Below, one piece after another: positions 1 through 11,265 of a stretch of DNA of 64,000 nt. The position numbers and the translations under genes are program-made. The first letter of the stretch is position 1, and each line of letters begins with the position of its first letter. The notes under the pieces were generated by a model. That model saw only the letters and a list, made by a program, of their open reading frames with translations. It was not told where the DNA came from and made no database searches. This DNA comes from Octopus sinensis (lineage: Eukaryota), in the NCBI RefSeq assembly GCF_006345805.1, contig NC_043001.1, forward strand, positions 104,036,001 through 104,100,000, given 5' to 3'.

Positions 1-936
1 AGAATTGGTAAGACACTCTCTAGAGAGCTGAACAGTAGAAAGTCTTCAGAGAACAAATCCACCTTCAGCAAGTGTTTTGGCCCTTAACCTCTTACACTCT
101 AACAGGGCTGGACCGCATCCAGGTCATCACACTTTAGTTCCCTTCTGCTGACACTTTTTTAGCCGCTTGGATATCGGAAACTTGTGCATTTAAACTGCTT
201 GGAGATTTCATCTAGTTGGAACTGTTCTCGTTAGCTCAGCTTTATACTGGACAAATCGAGAAAATAATAACTTCAATAAAATCCGCCAATATTTTCAAGT
301 ATAGTTGCTCTCTGTGTAGCTGTAACTGTGAATTAATTTCAGATAACATAAATTTTCCATTCTTTTTCAGAGACTTCAAATTTCTGTTTAATTTTATTCT
401 TCAAGATAAAAGAGATGAAATAGCAAAGCTGTTTTTTTTTTGTTTCTTTTTCCTTCTACAGACTTTTATTTTATTTTGACGATTGTCTTAAAAACATTAT
501 TTCCCGTTTCCGGTTAATAGATTTCTCTATGAATTTATTCCTCTTTTACGTTTTCCATTTCGTAATATCCTCAAATTTCGAGTGTCTTTGTTGTGTCAAT
601 GTTGTTGTTGTTGATGGTGATTTGTTTTATATCGATCTGATTATCATTATAATCTTCGTAGTTATTCCTACAAACAAACTACCTCAAACACCAACATCAA
701 CATCGACAACACCAGCGACTGCAAAATCCTCAACACAATCATCATCACCATTACCATCGTTATCATAAACATCATCATAACCATTATCATCAATGCTGTA
801 TAATAATACTTTCATTATTATTGCCGGTTTATTACTACTAAAAATTGCTGACTGGCCTGCTGGTGTTCCCTCATCTATGCCCCATTGGCTAATATAAAAT
901 TAACATCATCATCATCGTCATCGTTATTATTTTCTT

Positions 937-1150
937 AAGGCGACGAGCTGACAGAATCGTTAGCACACCACGCGAAATGCTTAGCGGTATTTCGTCTGCA
1001 GCTACGTTCTGAATTCGAACTCCGCCGAGGTCAACTTTGCCTCTCATAGTTTCAGGCTCAATAAATTAAGTACCAGTGAAATATTGGGGTCGATGTAATC
1101 GACTACCCCCCTCCCCCATATTTTAGGCCCTGTGCCTATAGTAGAAAGGA
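937..1150 (+). mobile_element. tRNA-derived SINE, group B
   Basis: Head AAGGCGACGAGCTGACAGAATCGTTAGCAC, B-box-like GAATTCGAACT, body CCGAGGTCAACTTTGCC...AAGTACCAG...GGGGTCGATGTAATCGAC; followed by an (ATT)n tract; many related copies in window. Confidence 0.85.
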
Positions 1151-1151
1151 T

Positions 1152-1152
1152 G

Positions 1153-1214
<62 letters not shown>

Positions 1215-1303
1215 CATCATCATCATCATTATTATTATTATTATCATTATTATTATTATTATTATTATTACTATTATTATTATTATTATTTTTATTATTA
1301 TTA
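1152..1303. repeat. (ATT)n/(ATC)n microsatellite
   Basis: Trinucleotide run; source of the poly-Ile ORFs in the track. Confidence 0.95.
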
Positions 1304-1314
1304 TACCACTCAGA

Positions 1315-1525
1315 CTAGAATCAAACCCACATATCAATGCTAACATAGCTCCTTGCGCATCCGATTGAGCTAGGACACTCACCTATAAATTTCAGCCAAA
1401 TCTTATGTATTAGACAGTTTATTATCTATACATAAAATTTGGTTGAAATTTACGGGTGAGTGTTCTGGCTCAATCGGATGCTCAAGGTACCATGTTAGCG
1501 TTGTGATATGTGAGTTCGATTCTAG
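1315..1525. repeat. Imperfect inverted repeat (hairpin), arms 1315-1401 and 1437-1525
   Basis: Reverse complement of the right arm aligns to the left arm with ~12 substitutions and a 2-bp indel. Confidence 0.85.
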
Positions 1526-1583
1526 CGTTAGTTAGCTCATGATTTTTCAGTCAATTGTTTAGATAAATGTCGCTTTAATCAGA

Positions 1584-1584
<1 letters not shown>

Positions 1585-1652
<68 letters not shown>

Positions 1653-1685
1653 ATGTATATATTAATATTATGATATATATTATAT
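1585..1685. repeat. (TA)n microsatellite
   Basis: Direct reading. Confidence 0.95.
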
Positions 1686-1779
1686 AGTTATTGTATAGAA
1701 AAGACTGTCGTAGTCGCTTTTTTTCCGTAACTTATCAAGCCTCTAGGTTTGTTTACAAATATTATATGTAGCATATATA

Positions 1780-1980
1780 TGTATATGTGTTTGTGTGCAT
1801 GCATGCATGTATGTATATTTGACGGGTTTCTTTCACTTTCCAATGACCAAATCTACTCACAAGACTTTGGTCAGCTCAAGGCTATAGTAGAAGGCACATG
1901 CCTAAGGTGCCACGCAGTGGGACTGAATCCAGAACCATGTGATTGAAAAGCAAACTTCTTACCATACAGCTACGCATGCG
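1780..1980 (-). mobile_element. SINE group A, 5' half
   Basis: Reverse complement of GGCTGTGTGGTAAGAAG...TTCAGTCCCACTGCGTGGCACCTT...GAAACTGAAAGAAGCCCGTC consensus. Confidence 0.8.
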
Positions 1981-1983
1981 ACA

Positions 1984-3060
1984 TTATTGTGTCGTGTCTC
2001 CGTCTGTATTCTGAAGGACCAACTTTCTGCATTCATTCACAAAACGCTGTGCAATCCCATTTCTATCACTGCAAACCCTGCAGTTGTCACTTTCTGCTGA
2101 ATCGTCGTTCCTGCATTTAGTATAATTTTTCTCAAGTGCTTGTTCCTGCGCAGCACAGATTAGCACTTTTACCTCTGGCTTCAAGTAATCTGTGTTCTTA
2201 CATCTTTCGAAAACTGTCCGTACATATTTGTTACTATCCCATTTCCTTTCGTCTTCCTTACTCGCATTTGTTATTGTTTGCACTCCGTGCAAATATTTAC
2301 CCTGGCTGTAACAGATATTCTCAGCTTAACCAACAAATGTTCTATGCGGCTAACAATATACCACCACAAGCAATTTTCTTTCGAGGACAAATGAAGTCTG
2401 ATCAAAAAGCATTGAGACTGGTGCTATCAAAAGAAAACCACAACACATAACAATTCAATATTTAATTTCCTTTGAAGCCACACACTTTATCCAGCGTTGT
2501 TTCCACTGACGGAAGCATTCCTGGAACTTCTTTTGGGGGGGGGACTAGTGAATAGCACCTTCGTCGCATTCTCTTGGATTTTCTCAAAGTCTTGAAATCT
2601 TGCTGGGATCTTCCACTGCAAAGACTGAGCTTTGGTTTTGCGCTCATAGCCATAGACCAACGATTCACCAACTATTATAGCCGTTTTCAAGAAGTTTTCA
2701 TCTTCTTTGACTTAATCAAGGATCTCCTATGCACTTGAAACCCGATCGTCTGGAACCGGCCAGTATCAAAGATTCTATAATGATACTGACGGTCAAAACC
2801 ACTGAGTCCCTCATTGTTACAAATCGTGACGGGAACGACGCTTTCAGCATCCACAGACTGGAACCCTGATTAGATAACCCATCCACGCTTACCTTACATA
2901 CAAGATTGTAGTCTGAGGCCAACTGCTTTAAACAGTGAACAACCCGTTCCGCCCCTAACTTAACGAAAGGTTTATCTCTTATACGACCTTGCTGATTTGT
3001 AGAGAGTAACCTATCCATAGTTTTACAGAAGTGGTTGTCTAAATATTTTTGAAAATACAA
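1984..3060 (-). mobile_element. Decayed R4/Dong-like non-LTR retrotransposon ORF fragment (RT to CCHC region)
   Basis: LKPEVKVLICAAQEQALEKNY...CRVC...IAQRFVNECRKL matches the R4-clade pattern LKxETExLIxAAQEQALxTN...CRxC...TIxHIxSxCxKL; upstream frames give RT-like remnants; multiple frameshifts. Confidence 0.75.
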
Positions 3061-3721
3061 TTTTTATAAAGAACACATTTTAATAACAAAATGCCTTTAA
3101 TTCAATAACCAAACCTGTCGTTCTTTAGTATTCTGCGAGTATTTCATCATCATTCTAGTCATTCGCTATTATTTCGTCGATTATTAATGCTCGAGGGTAT
3201 TCCTTTTTATTATGTGATCCATCACATGACATTTGATTTGTTGTTTCCAGAGACAAGTGAAAATTCGTATGGTTGCAATAGAACTTTTCTTTCAAATATT
3301 TTGATATGCTATCGGCAAGACAGAAATACAAAACGATGTGGTGTAGGGAAAATATTCAGCCATTCTACAATGTCTACGATTTTACTGTTTCTTATGAGTC
3401 ATAATTTCTTAGTCACAAGATTTCTAACTGTTAAGATGGTTCGGGGTTCTTTCTCAAGAACGTTTGTAATTGAGTTTTTGATGAAGTTTAAACACAACCA
3501 ATTCATTTATACAATCACAACACCTCAATTGTTTCCGTTTAGGCTTCCCTAAAAAGTGCAAAGCCTTCTACAAAAGCAACCAACGTTGCCAGCCGCTTGC
3601 TTTATATTTTCACTCTGCTTATTCGTATTTTTCATGAAATTTCATCTCGTTACACTGAAGCAACAAAACTATCGATTTCCATTAGTTCAATATTTCACCA
3701 CTAATAAGTTCTATATTTCCT

Positions 3722-3728
3722 CTTTCTC

Positions 3729-3776
<48 letters not shown>

Positions 3777-3790
3777 ACACACACACATAC
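3722..3790. repeat. (CT)n-(CA)n microsatellite
   Basis: Direct reading. Confidence 0.9.
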
Positions 3791-4384
3791 ATAAACACAC
3801 TCACCCGCTAACTCAATATGTATCTATTTCCTGCTCTCTGCCTCCCTCTTACTCTTCCGTTCTTTCTCTTTTTCAACTCGTCTTCTGCCATATAATTGGA
3901 GCAGGGATTGTTCTTTGCGCTCAGAGCACAAAACAAAACAGCGTCTTGTGTTAATAACTGAACTTTCAAAACTTCTTTCGCTTTTCGATTTTTCTTATCT
4001 CACAGATTACTAATCAATTCTATTCACATCAACTGTCGTTATGAAACTCACAAAAACATCTTTCTCAATGATGTAATATTAGACTGAATAATGAAATTAT
4101 AAATTTCGGGGATAACAAATGATTATTACTAGAATGTATCTCCTTTCAGAATTGATATAATTTCATCAAAAATACAGTGGCACAAAAGAGGGTTGTTTTA
4201 AGAAAAGAACTAGAAAACATCGTAAACCTTTCTATTTATGTCGTTAGAGCATGCAGATTTCAGTGTATATAGGATGAAACAGTTTAAATGATGAAACATA
4301 TTCGGATTAATTATCTTCCGAAATTAAGGATAACCTTGATATATTCTTTGTTTAACATTGATCTTTTACTGATTTCACTCATTA

Positions 4385-4705
4385 GATTGCGGTCATGCTG
4401 GAGCATCGCCTAGAAGAATTTTAGTCAAATCAGATTATTACATTTTTAGCCCGTTACTTATTCTATCGTCTTTTGCCGAACCACTTAGTTGCGGAGACAT
4501 AAACATAACGACACTGACTTTTAAGTGGCAGCGGAAGACAAACACACACATACATACAGATATGCGATGGGATTCTTTCAGTTTCCGTATACAAAATCCA
4601 CTGACAAGGCTTTGGTTGGTCCGAAACTATAGTAGAAAACAACTGCCCAAGGTGCCGCGCAGTGGGACTGAACCCGGAACCATATGGTTGGGAAGCAAGC
4701 TTCTT
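4385..4705 (-). mobile_element. SINE group A
   Basis: Tail (GATTGCGGTCATGCTGGAGCATCGCC), short CA tract, then reversed head (CCCAAGGTGCCGCGCAGTGGGACTGAACCCGGAACC). Confidence 0.8.
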
Positions 4706-4724
4706 ATTTCTTTATTGCCCAGAA

Positions 4725-5122
4725 GAGGCCAAACATAGAGGGGATAAACAAGGACAGACAAAGAGATTAAGTCGATTGCATCGACCCAAGTGCGTAACTG
4801 GTATTTATTTTATCGATCCTGAAAGAATGAAAAGCAAAGTCGACCTCGGCGGAATTTAATCTCAGAACGTAACGGCAGACGAAATACCTATTTCTTTACT
4901 ACCCACAAGGGGCTAAACACAGAGAGGACAAACAAGGACAGACAAGCAGATTAAGTCGATTACATTGACCCCAGTGCGTAACTAGTACTTAATTTATCGA
5001 CCCCGAAAGGATGAAAGGCAAAGTCGACCTCGGCGGAATTTGAACTCACAACGTAACGGCAGACGAAATACCGCTTAGGGATTTCGCCCAGCGTGCTAAC
5101 GTTTCTGCCAGCTCGCCGCCTT
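4725..5122 (-). mobile_element. SINE group B, tandem dimer
   Basis: Two head-to-tail ~190-bp body/tail units with a single head at ~5085-5122. Confidence 0.85.
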
Positions 5123-5844
5123 CTTACCACACAGCCATTCCTGCACCTAGACATCCTTAATCAGTTAGGTTGACTAAAGCCTCGTTGAATACCTAAAGGA
5201 AACTGTTTTCTATGAAGATTAAATCTTGAAATGGTTTAACACAACGCGATCAAAAACATCCGTTCAATATTTTGTGCAAACAACGCAACAAGAAAAATTG
5301 ATTTTCGATTTTTTTTTTTTCTAAAATAAAAATTACCACGAAGATCGACATTTATATTCAAACATGACATAAAATTAGCATAATAAACAGGAAAACTAAT
5401 GAACTAATTAAGAATTTCTATGAATAAAGATGAACGAATATTAACACAAATATAAAAACGGCTTGTAATGTTTCCGAAATAGAAGAATATTTTCTAAACG
5501 CGGTGTATGTTGGAAATATAAATACATTGGAACTTGTTGCGTTTCATGTTTTTATTACTCTAATAATGCACCATTTCGATATAAATATCTATTTCCATTC
5601 ACTGAATTAAACAATAATAGATTTGTTGCTCTTTTGTTAGTTTGGTAAAAAAAAATTATGGCTCAGATTTTATTTTAGTTAAATTTATTGCTGTGTGCCG
5701 TTTGTTGTTTTTGATTTCCTCTCACGGAATGAAAATAACCAATATTGCCGGACGGGATGTTCAGACATTGAATTTTCATTGAGTGCTTTTAGTTCATTGG
5801 TTTCATTTAAGCTTTACGGTTCTACCATCGATGGAGCATATTGG

Positions 5845-5950
5845 CGCTGGTCCTGGCGCTGGTCCTGGCGCTGGCGTTGTGTTAGCTCTGGCAGCGGTGA
5901 CGGTGATGGTGGTAGTGATGATGATGATGATGATGATGATGATGACGACG
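5845..5950. repeat. 12-bp unit (TGGCGCTGGTCC) x~3 followed by (GAT)n
   Basis: Direct reading. Confidence 0.8.
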
Positions 5951-6040
5951 ACGAAAGTGACTACGACATCCACGAAGGATTATTAATGATGTTGGTGCTG
6001 AAGACAGTGAGCTGGCAGAATCGTTAGCACGCCGGACAAA

Positions 6041-6117
<77 letters not shown>

Positions 6118-6175
6118 ATAGAAATATTAAAATTACTAAGTCTCTTTAAAAGAGATTACGACAGCGTTTCTGGAA

Positions 6176-6523
6176 ATTAATAGTTATCGCCATACTAATA
6201 TGGCATTCTTAAAAATAAGAATAAAGCTGTCGCTGATTAGCTCCATGAAGCCATCGCCTCAAGCTAGCTACTTGACACACAAACTGCGTCCGTTATTAAA
6301 CCTTCGAACAGGAGAGGTCAGCCGCTTCAACCTGCTAGTCCGACAGCTACAGACATGTTTCAGGCTTGTTGCCCCTTCTCAATGCAGCGTAGTCAGACCT
6401 GCAGGTGACGCTACTGGCCGTCTCTGTTCGAAGATTTTACCTAGTTACGGTGATACACAAACTTCATGGAACGACAGCTTTATTCTTATTTTTAAGAATG
6501 CCATATTAGTATGGCGATAACTA

Positions 6524-6528
<5 letters not shown>
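6176..6528. repeat. Fold-back segment with perfect 57-bp inverted repeats (6176-6232 / 6472-6528) between (TA)n tracts
   Basis: ATTAATAGTTATCGCC...AAAGCTGTCG is an exact reverse complement; (TA)n at 6042-6117 and 6527-6633. Confidence 0.9.
6345..6390 (-). ncRNA. Degenerate minimal type I hammerhead ribozyme motif (Penelope pLTR-like)
   Basis: Minus strand GCTGCA-TTGAGAAG-GGGC(AACAA)GCCT-GAAACATGTC-TGTAGC: stem I 6 bp, stem II 4 bp, palindromic ACATGT stem III, GUC site; core differs from CUGANGA at 2 positions. Confidence 0.5.
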
Positions 6529-6566
<38 letters not shown>

Positions 6567-6587
6567 ATATATATATATATATATTAT

Positions 6588-6637
<50 letters not shown>

Positions 6638-6690
6638 GTTTTGGGATTTGGTTTGCAAGATTCTTTATATGATTTCGTGTGTTGAAGCAT

Positions 6691-7175
6691 ATTCTGTTGT
6701 GCCTGGGGAGAGTCGTTTTCTTTTTGTGCTTTATAATGTAACACACTCACTCACCGATAAAATTTCCACTTTTTTCTTATTTTTATTTTCCTAAAATTTT
6801 CGTTGCATCTTGCAAGCTTTCCAATAGTCTTGACTCTGTCTGTTATTTACACTGCGTTCCCTTTTGTTTGTTTGTGCGCGTGTGTGTGGGTCAGTGTGTG
6901 TGTGTGTGTGCCTATACATGCATGCATGTACATATGTATGTGTGTGTGTTTTTGCATGTGTATGTATGTATATATATGTATATATATACAAACACATGCT
7001 CACTCATACATAGAAAATACACAAACACGGAGAGGCAAGCACATAAATATGCAGGATACGTACATACAGATGCACACACATACATACATATATACATATG
7101 CATATACACACATATATACATACATACACATGCAAAAACACACACACATACATACGTACATGCATGCATGTATAG

Positions 7176-7213
<38 letters not shown>

Positions 7214-7410
7214 ACCCGCACACATGCGCACAAACAAACCAAAGGGAATGAAATGTAAATAACGGACAGAGTCAAAACTTTTGAAAAGGTTCCAAGACGC
7301 AACGAAAATCTTAGGACAATAAAAATAAGAAAAATGTGGAAATTTTACCGGTGAGTGTGTTAAATTATAAGGCACCAAAAGAAAATGACTCTCTCCAGTC
7401 ACAACAGTAT
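6691..7410. repeat. Imperfect inverted repeat, arms ~6691-6973 and ~7113-7410
   Basis: TGTTGTGCCTGGGGAGAGTCGTTTTC... vs ...GAAAATGACTCTCTCCAGTCACAACA; arms include both unique and microsatellite sequence; ~85-90% identity. Confidence 0.85.
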
Positions 7411-7434
7411 ATATATAATATATATATAATATAT

Positions 7435-7497
<63 letters not shown>
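7408..7497. repeat. (TA)n microsatellite
   Basis: Direct reading. Confidence 0.95.
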
Positions 7498-7724
7498 GTT
7501 TGTTAGTTTCGGCGCGGAGACACTATTTTCTTAGATCTACTTTAGTTTAGTGATTCAAAATATTTAATAAGCATAAACCACATTGTCTTATGTCCTGTCT
7601 GTGGACATGAATCAAGCTAGTCGTCTAAGCTACTCAGGTACTGAGCTTGCATTATCTACTAATATAGTGGTTGGGTCTACCAATCACAAAATTCTCTTAC
7701 GAATACAGTAATATCCTTTTCTAC

Positions 7725-7927
7725 TCTAGGCTCAAGGCCCGACATTTTTGGGGAGAGGGCAGCTGATTAGATCTACCCCAGTACGTAACTTGTACTTAAT
7801 TTATCGTCCCCGAAAGGATGAAAAGCAAAGTCAACCTCGGCGGAATTTGAACTGAGAACGTAAAAACAGGCGAAATACAGGTAAGAATTTCACCCGGCGT
7901 GCTAACCTTTCTGCCATCTCGCTGCCC
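7725..7927 (-). mobile_element. SINE group B
   Basis: Reverse-complement match to group B consensus. Confidence 0.8.
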
Positions 7928-8232
7928 TATGAATACAGTAATATTACAACACGGTTTGGTTTCCGTGGCGCTAAATACAACATTTCTGACATATAAAACT
8001 TGCCTGCACTCGGATATTGATTTAACCCAGAGCTCTCGTTTCATGCTGTGAAAAAGAAGGCGGAAGGCTGTGAAATAAATAAATGGCGCCGATAATGCAA
8101 TGAATAATGATGAAGTGGAGCAGAAAGTTTATTGTTCGAAAGAGGTTTTACGACGTTACACTCACTTAGCAAACATCTATGGTCCTTATATTCTCGGGTC
8201 ATTCCATTCAACGTATTTCCCACGGTAAGCAA

Positions 8233-8407
8233 AGGCGCAGCTGCGCCTGTATAGTAAGAAGCTTCCATTCCAACATCACGTTTCTGGGTTCAGTTCCACT
8301 GTGTAGCACCATGGGAAAGTGTCTATAGCCTCGGGCTGACCAAAGCCTTGTGAGGGGATTTGGTGGATGGAAACTGAAAGAAGCCCATCGTATATATACA
8401 TACGTAC

Positions 8408-8440
<33 letters not shown>

Positions 8441-8485
8441 TACACACATACTCACACACACACACATATATATGTGTATGTATGC

Positions 8486-8518
<33 letters not shown>

Positions 8519-8790
8519 TGTACGTATGAATGTACGTGTATGTATGTGTGTGTGTGTGTGTCTGGGTGTGCATCTTTGTGTCTGTGTTTGTCCCCCACCA
8601 CCGCTTGACAACCTGTTTTCGTGTGTATAAGTCCCCGTAACTTAGCGGTTCGGCAAAACAAACCGATAAAATAAGTACCAGGCTTAAAGGGAAAATAATA
8701 ACCGGGGTCGATTCGCTTGCCTAAAAGGCGGTGCCCCAGCATGGCCGCAGTCTAAGGACTAAAACAAGTGAATGATAGAAGATAAAAGAA
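8233..8790 (+). mobile_element. SINE group A, near full length, with internal (TA)/(CA)/(TATG) microsatellite
   Basis: Head, GAAACTGAAAGAAGCCCATCG, microsatellite 8392-8560, then CCCGTAACTTAGCGGTTCGGCAAAA...GGTGCCCCAGCATGGCCGCAGTC tail. Confidence 0.85.
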
Positions 8791-8927
8791 GATAAGCGGA
8801 ATTTGTTTGATACAAACAGAAATAGCTTTACAGCTAAGTAACTTGATTCTTGAAGGCAAGTGAAGGACAAGAGAATGAATTTTGACCCTATCTCTATACA
8901 AAGATGAATATTACAAGAGGTTTCAGA

Positions 8928-9320
8928 AGGCGGCGAGCTGGCAGAATCGTTAGCACGCCGGGCGAAATGCTTTGCGGTATTTCGTCTGCCGCTGCGTTCT
9001 GAGTTCAAATTCCGCCGAGGTCGACTTTGCCTTTCATCCTTTCGGGGTCGATGAAATAAGTACCAGTTACGCAATTGGGTCGATGTAATCGACTTAATCC
9101 GTTTGTCCTTGTTTGTCCTCTCTATGTTTAGCCCCCTAGTGGGTAATAAAGAAGTAGGTATTTCACCCGTCATTACGTTCTGAGTTCAAATTCCGCCGAG
9201 GTCGACTTTGCAATTCATCTTTCTGGGTCGATAAAATAAGTACCAGTTGCGTACTGGGATCAATATAAACCACTGACTCCCTCCTCAATAATTTCAGGCC
9301 TTGTACCTAGAGTAGAAAGG
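8928..9320 (+). mobile_element. SINE group B, tandem dimer
   Basis: Intact head AAGGCGGCGAGCTGGCAGAATCG, B box GAGTTCAAATT; body repeated after an AATAAA-containing linker. Confidence 0.85.
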
Positions 9321-9379
9321 AATCGTTACCGTCTTTACGTTCCGTGTATACATCTTTATACACCCTTATATATGGATAT

Positions 9380-9425
<46 letters not shown>

Positions 9426-9921
9426 AGATTCTTTTAATCACTATATGTCCTTTAAAAGAGACGAACACAGCGAAAACATTAAACTACATAAGCTAACAAA
9501 CTCGCAATATACAATCATATCCTCACACGATCAATTTCTTTCTGACCTATTGCAGTCGTTAACGACTAACTTCACTGAATATCTAATCGTATTTTTTTCT
9601 TATTTCCATTCCAGTCACTCCATGTAATGGTATAAATAATGACAGTAATAAATTCCACGAGACTTCGAACAGAATAACGACTACTCTATGACAGAAGGAG
9701 AAAGAGGAAGAGAGCAGTTAGTGAAATCCGGGAAGTCATTTTAGCAGCCAGGACAAATCAGTAAACGCTCCGTTATTTTAATTCTATGCGCTCTTCAGTG
9801 ACATCGACAGACTTTAGCTTTCTGTTTTCACCTAACGCCGCAACCTACAGTTTCTCTAGGCACTGTTAGGTAATTCCGATTGAACAGTGATCCACTTGGA
9901 ATTTTATATTTCTTCTCAAAT

Positions 9922-10400
9922 AGGCGCGAGTGTGGTGAGAAGTTTGCTTGCCAACCAGATTGGCTTAGCTACGTTGTATAAACCATATGATTGCGGGTTC
10001 CTGCCCACTGCGTGGCAATTTGAGCAAGTATCTTCTACTATAGCCTCAGGCTAACCAACGCCTTCTAAGTGCATTTGATAGACGGAAACTGAAAGAAGCC
10101 TGCTGTATATATGTATATGTGTGTAGGTGAGTATGTGTGTGTGTGGACGGGTGTGTGTGTATGAGTGTACGTGTGTCTTTCCCTTTGATTTTGTCCCCCA
10201 AAACGGCTTGACACCTGGTGTTTGTGTGTTTACATCCCCATAACTTAGCGGCTCAGCAAAAACGAACGACAGAATAAGTACGTGGCTTTAAAAACATAAT
10301 TAAAGAGTATTGGGGTCGATTCATTCGAAGAAAAATTCTTCAGGGCTGTGCTTCTGCATGGCCGCAGTCTAATGACTGCAGCAAGTAAAAGATAAATAAT
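9922..10400 (+). mobile_element. SINE group A
   Basis: Head, internal GT tract and tail present. Confidence 0.8.
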
Positions 10401-11054
10401 AAAAGAAATCTTAGATTCTTGTCAAGAGTGTTGTTTGTTTTTAAATTCCAGAATCTGAAGCGAAGAGAAAAGTGCAGCGAACCCATTGCCTGCCACGAGC
10501 CCCATTTGGGGATCTGCTAAAAACAGTCTCACTCCCGATTGTTTGTTGTATTCAAAGTGAATTGCTTATGTATATTGTATTTGCAGTGGCGTGTTTAACA
10601 ATATTTAGTAGTTAAAGTTTGCCATTATTAGCTCTGGCTAATTCTGGAGGACATTTTATATAATAAATTGCAAATTTTGAACAACAAAAATATTGACCGC
10701 TTTGAAAACATTTTTTTTTTTTTTTTTGCATTTCCCATTTATATCATTCATTGATATCTCATACACATTCGCATTTGATACTATAGTTTCAAAAAAAAAT
10801 GTTTATTATTGCAATTGAATACAAAAATATAATTATTCTTTTTTTCAGCAATCCCCATTTGAGACTTTTGGAAAAATTTATCATAATTTCCAAAATAATT
10901 CGCATATGAATAAAATTTAAATACTATATATTATTTTAACTCTTAAGTCACCTACCAAAGCCACAAAATACGAATTAAAAAATTTGGCAGTTAATGGGTT
11001 TATCACGAATACATAAACACTGTGTTGGCAGCTTTTTAACGAGTCTTATTGGTT

Positions 11055-11265
11055 TCAAATTTTGGCACAAGGCCAGTAATATCGGGGGAGGGGCAAGTCG
11101 ATTACATCCACCTCAGTGTTCAACTGGTATTTATGCTATCGACCTCAAAGGAATGAAACGCAGAGTTGACCGCGGTGGCATTTGAACTCAGAACATAAAA
11201 TCGGAAGAAATGACGCTAAGCATTTTGTTCGGCGCGGTAACGCTTCATTCCGCTTATTGCCTTGA
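11055..11265 (-). mobile_element. SINE group B, diverged
   Basis: TTTTGGCACAAGGCC...ATCGACCTC...TTTGAACTCAGAAC. Confidence 0.7.

Noticed and set aside
1044-1382. Poly-Ile, poly-Tyr, (HT)n, (YI)n, (CV)n ORFs here and throughout the track
   Set aside because: Translations of microsatellites.
4725-5122. CRISPR-like repeat array
   Set aside because: Units are ~190-bp SINE multimers with no unique spacers; eukaryotic context and no cas genes.
5695-6027. GAGPGAGPGAG elastomer-like or acidic ORF
   Set aside because: Only three 12-bp units plus (GAT)n, ending in a SINE head; no splice support.
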